Source of the DNA: Dendrobates tinctorius | Taxonomy: Eukaryota | Assembly: GCF_039654945.1 (NCBI RefSeq) | Contig: NW_027361821.1 | Location: 19,654,001-19,718,000, forward strand | DNA length: 64,000 bases | Direction: 5' to 3' | Part shown: positions 27,789-40,980 of the stretch, piece after piece | How positions within the stretch are numbered: position 1 is the stretch's first letter | Layout: every line of letters begins with the position of its first letter | Made by a program: the position numbers and the translations under genes | The notes under the pieces: generated by a model | The model's input: only the letters and a program-made list of their open reading frames with translations | The model's database searches: none | Told to the model about the DNA's origin: nothing

Positions 27789-28402
27789 CTAGAAATTATC
27801 AGATACGCACAACTCTACAATGGACGCTGTGATTTGTTTTCCCCATGACTTATAGGAACAGTATCGAGACAGTGGAAAGTAACATGCCTGGTTACCAGTG
27901 TGTCCCAGCACACTCCCTCATACACCAAGAAATCTCCTGCACCCATGTTACACGGCAGGTACACGTGCCAGGCCCTAGTTGTCTTACTACTGAGCAGTAC
28001 TCAGAGGTGTGAGGCTACCCAATACTACCACACCCAATATTAAAGGGAATGATTGGGTTGGGAAAGAAATGCAAGGGCTGAAAGCTCTAATGTTATTATA
28101 CAATGCGGTAATACAATCTCTTAATTGGGGTCTCCAGTTAACTATATATGTATAAAAGAAGTACTGATGCAAGTCCCGAGCACATGCAATGTTGCTGCCT
28201 TTGTGATTGCATCTTGATGGATGCTGTATTCTGGCTCTCATCAGTAGGCCCAAACTAATCCTCCACTTATAATAAGCAGGAGAGTACTGATCTGCAGAAA
28301 GCCACTATACAGGCTGGACAAATTCTGTAGCCACGTACAAGCCACTACTAAGGATCACAAGGTTGGGAGTTTCTCAATAGCCGGCAATGTAGCCACACTT
28401 AC

Positions 28403-28538
28403 AGTTCTCCTGCTTGGCTCCCAGCTCCTCCACCTCTTCTATGTTATGTACATCTATATTTGCAGGATATTCGGACTTGTTGATGTTCTTCCCAACATAG
28501 ATAATGTGCTTGATGTTGCCGACTTGTGACAACACACA
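28403..28538 (-). CDS. ACSL4: ACSL4 coding exon 4 (CVLSQVGNIKHIIYV...GAKQEN)
   Basis: 136 nt, CAG/GTAAGT, within ORF 28374..28559. Confidence 0.93.
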
Positions 28539-28617
28539 CTGAATGCAAAGGAAATACACGATAAGGTCCAGAAAATACCAGTAAAGGACTGGTTAATACA
28601 AGATACATAGCGGATCA

Positions 28618-28755
<138 letters not shown>

Positions 28756-29246
28756 TTAACGCCTCATGATTGTACGACGCCACTCTTCACATTGTGGAGC
28801 AAAGTATACACACGTTAGAGGGGAGTCTCTGACAATTTCTAGAAATAGTCCCCCATTAGCATATGGACATTAATACAGGAAGGTCCCCTACTTAGCACTC
28901 CTCCATGAATGAGTGTCTCCTGTACTGGTGCACTTGAGCCATCCCTATATTACATGAACGGATATTTATCTGAACGGCCTTCTTAAAATTCTTTATTATA
29001 CTACAGACGCCGCTGCTGGAGAAGTGACGAGTAACCACAACATCCCCTGACAGTCAGCTGTTCTCTTCAGGTGTCAGGAGTGGGTCCTAGAGCAAGGAGC
29101 CAATGGAGGAATCTAGAGAGGTTTTTCCCCAGAGAGCCCCTATAGGGTCATGTGCACACTGTCAGATTTAATGGGAAGAAGAGGTCTGCATGGTGCACAC
29201 CTTCATTTCTGCGCTCCTCTAGCCAAGAGATGAGGATTCTCTGCAT

Positions 29247-29408
29247 CAGGGTTCCCCAACTCCAGTCCTCAAGGCCCACCAACAGGTCATGTTTTCAGGA
29301 TTTCCTTAGTATTGCTCAGGTGATAATTGCTTCACCTGTGCAATACAAAGGAAATCCTGAAAACATGACCTGTTAGTGGGCCTTGAGGACTGGAGTTGGG
29401 GAACCCGG
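29247..29408. mobile_element. hAT MITE, 162-bp hairpin
   Basis: CAGGGTTCCCCAACTCCAGTCCTCAAGGCCCAC...GTGGGCCTTGAGGACTGGAGTTGGGGAACCCGG; 8-bp TSD CTCTGCAT/CTCTACAT (7/8 match). Confidence 0.92.
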
Positions 29409-31949
29409 CTCTACATGATACCCCAGCAGAGCATATGAAAGGTGGTTTTATAAACTAAATAACTATGAATTTTCTTTACTTGAGGACTCATAGCAGTATC
29501 ACAACTGCATTACCTATAATTTTCTCCCTTTTAGGGAAACTGAAGTACCGTAGTTTACAAAAATCTTGGCAATACCAACAATTTTACATCAATGTAGAGT
29601 CCTACCCTTAAAGTCTAGCTTACTACGCATCAGTAAAGAGTCAGACTACAAAGCACTTGACTTTAAGCAGTCGTGTATCGAGGCTATATGAAACTTTTAC
29701 TAAAATAATTAAAGACTGGCCTAGTATACGCCGTATGAGTAGTAGAGTAAACCACTGCTAGACACCTCCGGTGGCAGCTAACCTTCCAGAGCTCAAAAGG
29801 ATCATACAGTTTAAACCATGTGTGATCACAATTTCCCTTTGGTTTTCTGCAGGTGAGGGACACCCTCAATAGATGGTGGACCAGTCCTGAAAAAATGGTG
29901 GGTTCAATCAATGTACATGTCATAGGATATGGGTACAGCTTGAACTCCATTATTTCTAGATCTCCGGGTGCTTATCCTGCAATATGCTGCTCGCAGTCAT
30001 CCACTGTGTGGAGTGCTAGTCACCTGCACCAAGGGTAGGTAGTACCGCTATTGGGCACGTAACCGGATCTTGGTCTCATTCCCAGGATCAGCAGGGATCC
30101 CAGGGGTCACATCATACCAATCAGATTGAATTATAGTAAGTTGCTAGGTTGTAAGCAGAGGGACACCCCATTAAGAGAATATCATAGATCAATAAGTTGT
30201 AGTAGAAAACAGGAATTGAAAGTGGACAGTGTGGTCTACATTGTAGAACAATGAGGAAGATGCAAAAAAATGTATGGATGTTGCAGGAGAAAAAAACCCT
30301 GAAGTTATGTCAGCCACAGGCAACAAAGCCCCGAGGTTTGTCACGTTATCTCTCAGAAAGCAGCTTTCCAAGTAATGCAACCTCCTAGTGAGCACGTGGG
30401 GCCGCGTATCAGACCTATAATCACACGGCAGTATGGTAAGGTTAGGGTCTGGATCGCAGGGATTACATGACCTTTCATTGCTGTATTTTTAGACTCCTCT
30501 CTAAGCTTTATTGAGCTGCGGTTCTAGAGGATCTGTCACCGCTCCAGACACATCCGTTTGAGCAAATTCTTCATTCACCATAATAACAATTGGAGCATTT
30601 TTCCCCAAGATCTCCTGGGTATGTATTATTAAGCCTACACTTGGTAACACGCACCAGGACATACAATGTTAAATACATCAATTCTCAGTTTCCAGGAAAA
30701 TAAGAGAAACAAATGTCAGGCTGAAAAACAACATGTTTCACTTGAAAGAAGGGAGAAAAAGCTGCTGCCACATAGTGATGCTTTCAATCCCAGTGGAACT
30801 CTGTCCAGTGATATGGGGGGGGATGGTTGGGAGCCCCCATACACAGATGTTCAGATCTCACCTACAGAAACAGGTTTTGCTGACTTTGAACTAATGCGAT
30901 TGCAGACCTGAAAAGGGGAAACTCATGTGAAAAATGTTCCCTGATCTGTGGGGCAGGATGTTATAGAGCAGGAGGAGTGGAGCAGATTGACTTATTCTGT
31001 GGGAAAAGTTTCACTGAAATCCTAGGGGTTTCTATGTATAGGCGTCTGGTGGGCGATCCTATTAGTGACTGACAGTCCTCCCAGTATGAGGGCCTGCAAA
31101 CAGCTGTCAGTCACTAGTAGGACCACCTACTGGACTCAGGTATGCACAGCAGGGATTTCGAGGATTATCATACAATTCTATTCTTTTCTAACAATGCTAT
31201 ATATCATTGTGCTCCGCTTCTTCTCTATACTGTGCACAAATCAGACTGTACGTGCAAAGTGACAAGTTCCCTTTCAGTCAGGTAACCGGGCTGACCATCC
31301 ACGTTACAGCAGTTGATATAACTCCATCTAAAATCTGCTGACACACGGCGAGTAAGGGACTGCCAGATCCTCTCAGATATAGGAGACAGAAGCAGCACTC
31401 AGTTTGGCACCACACAAGCCATGCTGGATCAGGTTACTCTGTGGACTTCTACCAGAAATCCTGAAGGACATAACACAAACTAAAACATAATGAAAAAAAA
31501 TGCAAGCAAACCAAAATTTGCTAATGTTTGGACAGGCCAACCACGCTTCTATTACTAATCATTCTGTGCAGCACCGATCCTGTGAAAACAGGACTATGTA
31601 TCGCTGCCAAGAACGGCGATTTCTTCAAGCAAACTTAAAACTCAATTCACCTGAGGAACAAGTATTTTTGCACATCCGCCACGTGATCGAAAACCTGTTT
31701 ACACGGCCCGATATACAGGAAACAAGTGTTTCTGTAAAGTCAAGCAATGTGAATGCGCCATATATCTTCCACAGCCACTCTCCATCAACTTTCCACTGTG
31801 TACAGAATAGGCTGTGCGCTCTTGGACTGACTTCATCTATTACTAAACCTGGTGCGATAAAACAGCTGCTACAAAAGTGAAGGGCTCAAAATCAGTCCCA
31901 GCCATCATTAATGTGATATATTATCTGTAGACTTTATTAGTGGCAATTA

Positions 31950-32165
<216 letters not shown>

Positions 32166-33547
32166 TCACAGGAGATATATAAAAGCAGTGCGGTTCTCTA
32201 ACAAACCATGTAGAATTTTTGCGGTCCATCTATGGCCTAGGCTCTCATCACATTCCGGATGCAATGACCATTAGGATTCCAGTTAACAGAATGGAATATG
32301 AGGTTCTCTGCACCATTTGCACTTTTTTGCTATTAAAATTACCAAAACCACTGACAAAAACTTTACAACACACGCTTGAGTGGAGCTCAAGAGAATACAA
32401 AGAAAATGACAAAACCTGCAGGGCTGTAAGAACACGTAAAGGCTGCACGCTTGACCTCAGATATAACCCATATCCATTTTCTTAAATCTTACAGATACAT
32501 AAATGGCACAAACAGTTCTGAATCACACCATTAAATGTATTGAAAAAATAAACAGGACTTAAAATTTTTTTTTTAAAAAAAAGTGATGCTGATTAAATAA
32601 AAATGCAACTGACATTTTTTGGATTTTGGTTTAACGGCATTCAACTGTAAAAGTGACCTGGAAACACGATTCTTCAGGTCAGTATGATTAGAGCAAAAAT
32701 CTGATGATTGAAAATAAATATTTGGCGGGTGTCGTCACTCTCACGAGTCCCATAACTTTACTTTATTAATGGAGCTATGCAAGGGCTTGTTTTCTGTGTG
32801 CCAAAATTTTGATTTTAATGGCAAAATTGAAGTGGGAAACATATGGCATGTTAAACAGCTGTGGCTCACTGTTAAAGGTTTCTGCCAGGGAAATTGTCAG
32901 TAGGGTCAAACCTGTCAACTCAGCTACATGAGCAAGTAGGTCATAGGAAGATGAATAAAATGATAGCCTGATATCTGCGATCCAATGTATTATTCCAGAG
33001 AAATCCACTTTTTCTTAATATGTAAATTATTTTTTAAGATCTATGGGCTGGACATGGATCTCCCGGAGAATCTGCCTCCAGAGATTATTTTAAGTGAAAG
33101 GGGGTGTCCAATGGTCAGATAAATTTAGATGGAAGGGTCTACGCAAACTGATGATTAATACTGTAGTGTCCTGTGTAGTTACGCAGTATGTGGACTGATT
33201 GATGTGAGCCAGATACTGTGCAGCTGGACTGGATGCACATGCAGTACGTTCACCCATGTTTTTGCACATGTGTGAATATGGGGTAACAATCCGCATTTAC
33301 ATACTTGTGCACATTTTTCATGACGAATCTGCACTGAAAATCCGCTACAACTCATGTATCATGTGGACTCTAAAACTCTCGAGTCATTACTAGAGATTAC
33401 TAGTGAACCGATTAGCTAATTAGTCTAAAGTGAGCCAACGTTTAATCCCAAAATCTGCTGGTTTATCATGAACTGGACCCATCTTTATTCACTGCAGCCA
33501 GGAACAGCACTAAACCCATTAAAAGCAGACACGTTAGGAACGCTTAC

Positions 33548-33898
33548 CTTCTTAAAAACTTTGCCGTTTGGTTGCTTCTCATTTTCCTCGCTCAGGATCT
33601 CCCTTGTACCGAGACAATCTTTCTGGGCAAATTTTGCCACTGCGTGTTGAAACAGTTTGTCCAAAGTGTCCGCTCCTGGAATGTCTATGGTGGCCAGAGA
33701 ATCAAAGTGGCTAAGGGCTCGGTAGGGGCTTCCGATTTTCTCCGACACAGGCTTTGCTTTTATCCTTTTAGCCATAGCCTTTCTCTTCTTAGCGTTGGTG
33801 AGAAAATACCACGGTAAAAACGTAAGAGTGCTGTACACAAACATTAAAAGGTAGACAGGCAGCAAGACAAGAGTGCACACTTCTGCTTTAAGCTTCAT
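33548..33898 (-). CDS. ACSL4: ACSL4 coding exon 1 (MKLKAEV...NGKVFKK); exon probably starts at 34082
   Basis: ORF 33485..33898; donor AAG|GTAAGC at 33547. Upstream acceptor has CTAAC branch point, pyrimidine tract and CAG at 34085-34083. Confidence 0.95.
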
Positions 33899-35067
33899 GA
33901 TGTTGGTATTAATATCTCATCCCGCCTCCAATCAATATTCTTTGGGTTCTTAAGGCAAATTTATAAAGCAGCGACGGTGATTGTTTACCCAAGGCAGCAG
34001 CAGCGCTAGATCACAAGTATTACTTATCACTCTGCAGCAATACTACTGTTTGTTAGTCTTTGGAAGCCAAGACTTGTGAGATCTGTGCAGCCAGCCAGAA
34101 AGCAGAAAAGAAGAGAGAGGATACGTTAGTCACACTGTAAGTGAAACCTCTCTGCCCATTAAACATTCAAGACAACGTGAAGGATGCCAACATAACCAGG
34201 CTGTCCGTCAAGGAGAGGGCATCTTCTGGTCCAAATCCTCCAACATATTGCTCAATCTCACGTGGAGAGCGCAAAAAGGACGCAAGCAGAAATGAGACAT
34301 TTGAGCAAAAAAAAAGGTTAACATTCAGGAAGATAAACATTTATTCTTTTTGCTAAACATGTGTCGAAATTGGGAAAAAGTGCTTAACCCGTCTGGTGCT
34401 ATGACTGTGCGCACAGGAATGTAGTCAACCCGTGTGAAATTCAACAGCACTTTGACATCGCACAGATTTCAGCATTTTATTCTCGAGCGTATTATGCTTT
34501 TTCTCCTAGAACATTCTAAGGATTTCATCTACATCCAGACGCTTTTACGCAGAGCGTACGAGCGGCACGATTACTGAGCTGTGAGCCATACGTGTTCTTC
34601 TCCCACCAGGGAAAGAATGGGTTAATGGGTGTTCTGGCATGTGCGCTAATCCTAAACAGGACGGCAGATGTATTTCCACCCCACAATATATAAACAAGTT
34701 CTGCCTCTTTTTCAACAGTGCCACGCTATTCACGTGCACACCTAAGCATCGCAACATAGATTTACTGTCCGGGAGGTAGGACTAAGCTGAAAGAGCAAAA
34801 CAAAACTAAAAACCGGTTGCCAGACTCAATTACTTTATATAAAGGAGGACCAAACACTAAAAGCCATGTCGAGAGCTTCTAAAATGGCTTAAGTATCTTC
34901 ATATCTTGCTCAAAAAAAGTGGGTTGTGCACAAGTTATTTAAAGGGGATGTCTAGGACTACGTTATTGACGACCTATTCTTAGAATAGGTAACCAATATC
35001 AGCTGGATACCTGGCGCCCCCAATAATGTGGTTGTTTCTAGCTCCTACAGCCTCAAAAAAGTGACGC

Positions 35068-35121
35068 GGCACAGAGCCCCGGGCGTGGCACAGAGCCCCG
35101 GCGTGGCACAGAACCCCGGTG
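35068..35121. repeat. Short tandem repeat, about 18-19 bp x3
   Basis: GGCACAGAGCCCCGG(G)CGT repeated three times. Confidence 0.8.
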
Positions 35122-35582
35122 CACTGTGTAGTGACTGCTCTCAGGTACTGCAGCTCAGCTCTTAAAGTGACACCAAGTATTTCTGCTGGATGCTGTTCAT
35201 CTTATCACTGGACTACAGCACATTTGACTTTTTGGTAGAAATTATGTTGAATTTATTGAACTCATCCATGTCCTCTAACTTTAAAAAAATTGGTGTAAAA
35301 CTGCTGACATTTTTGTACCAGATTTAAGACAGACTGAACCCTTCGTAAATGAGTCAGAGATGCTGGTGGTACTGCTCGCACCTGTAGAGAACACAGTCCT
35401 GGTTATGTTTGTTATCCCAGTACAGAAATAGAAAAGACATTACTACGAACACTGAAAATGACCAAAACACAACAACGCTTCCCAGCACAACGGTGTGACA
35501 TGCACTGTGCGCACAAGAAAGAACAAACCCCCCAGTGTGAGAGGAGCCCCCATGGACAGACAGTGGAATAGTGGAAGCTTTA

Positions 35583-35936
35583 GGCTAAGTGCACACGTGG
35601 ATTTTCCTCCTGCCGATTTTTCTGCGCAGATTTGAAGAAATCCGCAGGTCAAATGACCTGCATTTTTCCTGCGGATTTCTTCCTTTTTTCTTGCGGTTTT
35701 CCACTGCAGTTTTCCCTCTGCGGATTTGGAGAATAGAGCAGGTGGAAAACCGCACAAAAGAAGTGACATGCTGCATTTTTTGTACCGCGCGGAAAAAAAA
35801 CGCAGAGTCTGCACAGCTTTTTTTTTTTTTTAATTGATTTACATTGTGCTGTAAATCACTTTGTGGATGCGCAACGTTTCTGCGCGGTAAAATCCGCTGC
35901 GGATCCGCAGGAAAAATGCATTGTGTGCACATGGCC
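35583..35936. mobile_element. CCGCAG-rich Harbinger-like MITE, family B
   Basis: TTA|GGCTAAGTGCACACG...TGTGTGCACATGGCC|TCA. Confidence 0.85.
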
Positions 35937-37043
35937 TCATACCCAGCCTTTCCCTGATGTGCCAACACGGACATCACACCCGATAGAGGACAGAGGTATA
36001 TAGGAAAGTGGTTACAATTTAACCAGACTTTAGCACACAAAAAAAAAATTAAAGTAAAAAGACAAGCATACAGCAACAATCTGCAATAAAGCTGTAGCGT
36101 ATGAGATCCAACATGCCTACAAGCAGGTCATTACCAGAGGTGGTGGTAGGGGCACAATCTGAACTTATTAGGTACAGTCAGAATAAATGCATTGTATACC
36201 TTATTATGTTTTTGCGAGGCATACATGTGTTCACGGGTCAAGGTGAAATTTAACTTTGCAAAAATCATGGCAAATGATAATATTGTGAACAGTGTTTGAT
36301 ACAGAATACCCTGGTGAAGAATGGTTTCCTTTATAAGGGGGTTTGCATAAAGGAACCATAACTGGGGAGAAATCAGCCAATTGTCTACAGTGATCACATT
36401 TTGCCATTAGGCTTCTATTCTACGTGTAGTACCCAAATAATAAAAAAAATAGTGACCTGCCTTCTATACCTGTAAAGATACAGTAAGTGCGGAGCTTTAT
36501 TTCTACTCTTCTATTGAAGAGCTGGAAGCAGACTTTACTTACCGCTGCTTGCATCCAGAGGAAAGCACAACTACCCCAACAGCATAAAAGTCCAGACACT
36601 TCCTAATCAGCCTCCAAAATAGATTTTATAGTGTTCGCTTTTAAGGAGAGGAGCGGGCAGCTGCCTGGCAGGATATCAGGAGTGGAAGAAGGGGACAGGG
36701 AGCCCGCTGCTCCTACTCCACCGGCAATGCCCGGCACACGCATCTATCTGCTTCCAGTGTGACCAGTTTACCCAGTAGGAGTGTTTTATGGATACATGAA
36801 AGGAGCACAAATATACGCTCCCATGTTGTGGGAACCCTTAATGGCAAAAACAGGAAAATCCTGCTACGTCACTCAGAACTACAAGGCATGGCAGATTTTA
36901 CTTGCTTGACATTTTAAAGGAATTTACTCAAGAAAGGAACAGTCCCTGTAAGGACATGAGTATACCGCAGCTAAGTAACCAGGCGTCTTCTATAATAACA
37001 TGCAACAATGGCCAAAACATGCAAAGGAGCGAGGTGTACTTAC

Positions 37044-37079
37044 AGAGGGGTCTGCTCTGGACTCGTATTTTTCTGTAAT
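37044..37079 (-). other. Candidate 36-nt non-coding 5'UTR exon of ACSL4
   Basis: Long pyrimidine tract ending TTTTTCAG | ATTACAG...CCCCTCT | GTAAGT; no ATG inside. Confidence 0.5.
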
Positions 37080-37908
37080 CTGAAAAAGAAAAAAAAGTTT
37101 CAGACATTTATAGACACATTGCAAATATTTGGTTCAATATTAACCTGGAGGAATATAACCTGGAGGTTGACATAGTAATATTTACACCGCCAGGTCAAAC
37201 AGTCCTGACAAAGCTCTACAAACACCGCGTATCGAAGGGTAAACTACGATCAGGTGACAGTAACCCTTCGCTATCGGGCAGGGACAGGTCAGTAGCATCT
37301 CACATGACATGCAATCGCCGCGTACTCCCCTAATAACCAGAGTCCATATAATCACCATGGAACGAAGAAATGGTGCGGGAACGTCACTGCGCAAGATGTG
37401 AGGGTGAAGCCGCGCAGTCACAATGTGGCCACATAGGAATGGTTTCTGCAGGTATCAGCGCACACATACAGCATGCTGCCATCAGTAATTACGTGACAAG
37501 TGCCACCATCACAAAAACAAGCCTGCAATAAACAACAACACTTTATACTTGACCTCTAAAATGTTTGTACAGAGGACGACTGTTGCAGAAACTGTTCTAA
37601 TGGCAACAGATCCATCGTCTCCATTCAATCAGAAAAGACAGACATTTCTTCGGGAGGAAACCGTAAAAGGCTTTGTACTCCTCTACTCAACCTGGCTGAC
37701 ATTATTCCTACACACTGAAGGACACAGACAGAAGAGGCCGTTGTACAAGAGCATTATATGTAAAATACATCATCGTAATGCATCAGTCAGTCCACCTGTT
37801 CTGGAGGTGGAAATGGGCCCCTGGGTGGCTGCACAGGTTTCACCAATGATATGTAGGAGCAGGGGCGAACATATCAGGTCACCATAGACTACGCTGAAGA
37901 TCTACTAA

Positions 37909-38575
37909 AGCACCACTCCAGCATTTTATTTTTTATTTTTTTTTATTTTCAGTGCTGGAGGGACACGAGCTCCCACCCGCAGGCTTAAGCTATTCCCGAT
38001 GCTGCTCCAATCCCGCGGTGCCATTGTGTGACCACAACTTCTGACTGGCTGGAAGTCAGAGGTAAGTGTCACAAGCTCTTATGTGTAAAGCCCCCTTTAC
38101 ATTTAGCGATGCACCAGCGATCCCGACCATGATAGGACCCGGTCAGAATTGCTGTTGCATCGCTAAATGGTCGCTAGTGAGCTGCCAAACAGGCAGATCT
38201 CACTAGCGACGCAGCAGCGGTCGTTACTTACCTTTCAGACGGGGCGATGATAATGTCCTCCCGCCCACGTCCACGCGTCGCTCGTCGGCGCCAGCAGGAA
38301 GCCCAGCAGGAAGCCGCCGACGAGAAATGGACCTGGACAATCTTGCGCGATCAGCGATAACCAGCGGGGGACCCGGTCGGAGGTAAGTATCACATGTAGC
38401 GATATCGCTGCTGCGTCACAAAATCCGTGACGCTTTAACGATATTGCTAGCGATATCGCTTAGTGTGACGGGGCCTTAAGATGGCAGCTGGTGAGTCTAA
38501 TACTAGGTAAAGGGAACTTACTTTAGTGGCACCACTCCAGCGCTGCAATAAGAATAAAATGCTGGAGTGGTGCTT
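37909..38575. mobile_element. T2-like MITE hosting a family A MITE
   Basis: TIR AGCACCACTCCAGCATTTTATT / AATAAAATGCTGGAGTGGTGCT, flanked by CTAA/TTAA. Confidence 0.8.
38089..38476. mobile_element. CGAT-rich Harbinger-like MITE, family A (nested)
   Basis: TAA|AGCCCCCTTTACATTTAGCGA...TCGCTTAGTGTGACGGGGCCT|TAA. Confidence 0.9.
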
Positions 38576-40419
38576 TTAAGTACCAAATAAATCTAGCCAC
38601 AATCACATAATGGGGACAGAGACATTTGGTGAGCACAAGATGAAGGACAAGCAGAGACAACAGATCAATGGCATCTGATAAGAATCAAGGCTGGGGTCAA
38701 TGTGAGGCAAACAGAGGCCATGAAAACTGAGGCAAGAGGTCAAGCATCTCCTGAGTGGAGACATTCGGCACACAGCTTTGAGTAGACAATTTTTAAACAA
38801 TAAACCTTGGACATATGGACCAAAGCCAAATCTGCCAGACTAAACTGCTTAGAGGATAAATTTCCTTCTTACAAGGATGGAGCTGAGAATGTGGAGCTTA
38901 AAAGGAACACTTGGAAGAAAAGACGCTGTGTGCAAGTCTGGGGGATGTACCTTTAGAAGCACCGAAGATCATAGCATCCCTGTGCCACGCACCGTCACGT
39001 ACAGTCAGTATTTTTAGAGAATTAATCTAACTGGGCAGACTTCTCGGCTTTAAGAATGTGTTTGCTCCCATCACCGAGCTCAGCAGCTCGTGCAGATTAG
39101 TATCTCTCAGCATTTGGGGTCCACTTTACTTAAAGTGGAAACCCCCTCTAAGAGTTTTCTCATAAGTGGGCGAAACTGCAAAAAGCCTTTAAAACAAGCA
39201 ACTTTGCATTTTACTCTTCATCTAAAATACCCACTATTCTCAATATCAAAAGGGATTTAAAAATTCTGTGTACGACCTATTGCCTGGGTTATTGGCCATC
39301 CCGCAGTCAGTGGGCTAGTTTCCTCTGTGCGTGCATTTGCAAGTCCTTTGCTATAGAGCTAGCAACACGGGAATACACATTTTGGGTCAGCAGCGCAACA
39401 ATGCCGCCGGTCTAAACTGAATCATTCATCTCCAATAGGAAGTTGATAGGCAGAGGTGCAGCGCACTTCTCAAGATCAATTGTGTGAACCTTTGTATTTG
39501 ACATGGAAAAAATTACATTTATATAGGTTACTGGTTACATTTAATTGATAATTTTGCTTTGTTTCTGTATGAACTCATTTTTAGGTCCCTTTATATGAAA
39601 TTTGCAGCTAGATCCAAGTTTCAGGTTTGTTAGCTTATATACCAGCACAGCTTCTATCCTGCACACACACTTCCTATTCCTATAACCAGTTTTCTCTGTC
39701 CTTCGCAAGACTGTAGTTGGCTCTCTGTGCTGCAGATCTGTATACAACAACACCTCCTCCTTCATCCTGTCATCTCAGAAAAGAGGTGGAGAGCCGAGCG
39801 CACTGTCGGGTGCACGGAGCTTTAAAATTACTACCAGCAAGTATCCAACAAATGAGCAAAATACTCAATATGGTGAACATCAAGACGATATTTAAGAAAG
39901 TTTAAAAATCATAGTTTTCGGCAGCACATCTTCCTATGTAAATAGGATATGTGCTGCGGACGACAATTATGGTATGTTCTTCGTACACATAAAGATGGCA
40001 TTCGCTCTCATTTTGTGTGCATAGAAGTGTGACCGCTCAGAGTGTAAACCACCACCAATCTGCTCGCATACAGCAGATTTACCCCGTGACAGCTGTTCAT
40101 GGATATATACATCATGGAGCAAGTCTCAGTGTTGGAACGCTCCAACAGGGCTGATACTGACTAGCAAGCACGTACATGTAACAGCCAACTACTGCCAATC
40201 ACTATTGAATGCCTTTGTCAGACAGCCACATTTAAGCACCACTAACTGAACTGGGCGTCCAGGATTCTCCGCTCTCCATCATTGCAGGGAGCCAATAGGT
40301 TTCAGTGACAGCTAGGGGCAATCTAAAAGCCCCTCTGTGCCTATCATGTTAACCCTCATGTGATGTCCAGACACAGGCTGGGAAAAATATACATCTTTAG
40401 CATCTCGGCAACTGTAAAA

Positions 40420-40860
40420 ATTCTAACAAAAAGTTTATAAAAATTTACATTCCTATGGAAAAGGTTGAAAAAATTTTTTAAAAATGTTCTTGTGCCGAGA
40501 AAGTAATTAATGTGCCCCTGCTGTGTACTTTGTAATGGCTGTGTCTGACCGTACAGGGGACATGGTCTGATCATACCACAGCTCCTGAGCAGGGGAGGAA
40601 GGAAAAGAAAGCATACAGACAGGACAGCATAGGGTCACAAAAGATTCTGTGAGGCAAAGCATTGCTTAAAAACAGGCAGAAAAATGCTTTGCCTCACAAA
40701 GCATCAGCTTCAATCCCCTGCTGTTCTGTCTGTATCCTCTCTTTTCCTTCCTCCCCTGCCCAGGAGCTGTGGTATGATCAGACCATTTTTCTGCACTGTC
40801 AGACACAGCCATTACACAGTACACAGCAGGGGCACATTTATAAGATTCTCTAACCACAGG

Positions 40861-40895
<35 letters not shown>

Positions 40896-40980
40896 CCTCC
40901 AAATTGTAGAAATTATTCTTCAAAAGATCTACTGATTAAAAGGTTGATTAAAACTAACTTGGTTTGCGTGAAAACCCCTT
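40420..40980. mobile_element. Long palindromic MITE (T2-like right end)
   Basis: Arms ATGTGCCCCTGCTGTGTAC...GGTCTGATCATACCACAGCTCCTG are mirrored around about 40670; ends GAAAACCCCT|TTAA. Confidence 0.8.
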
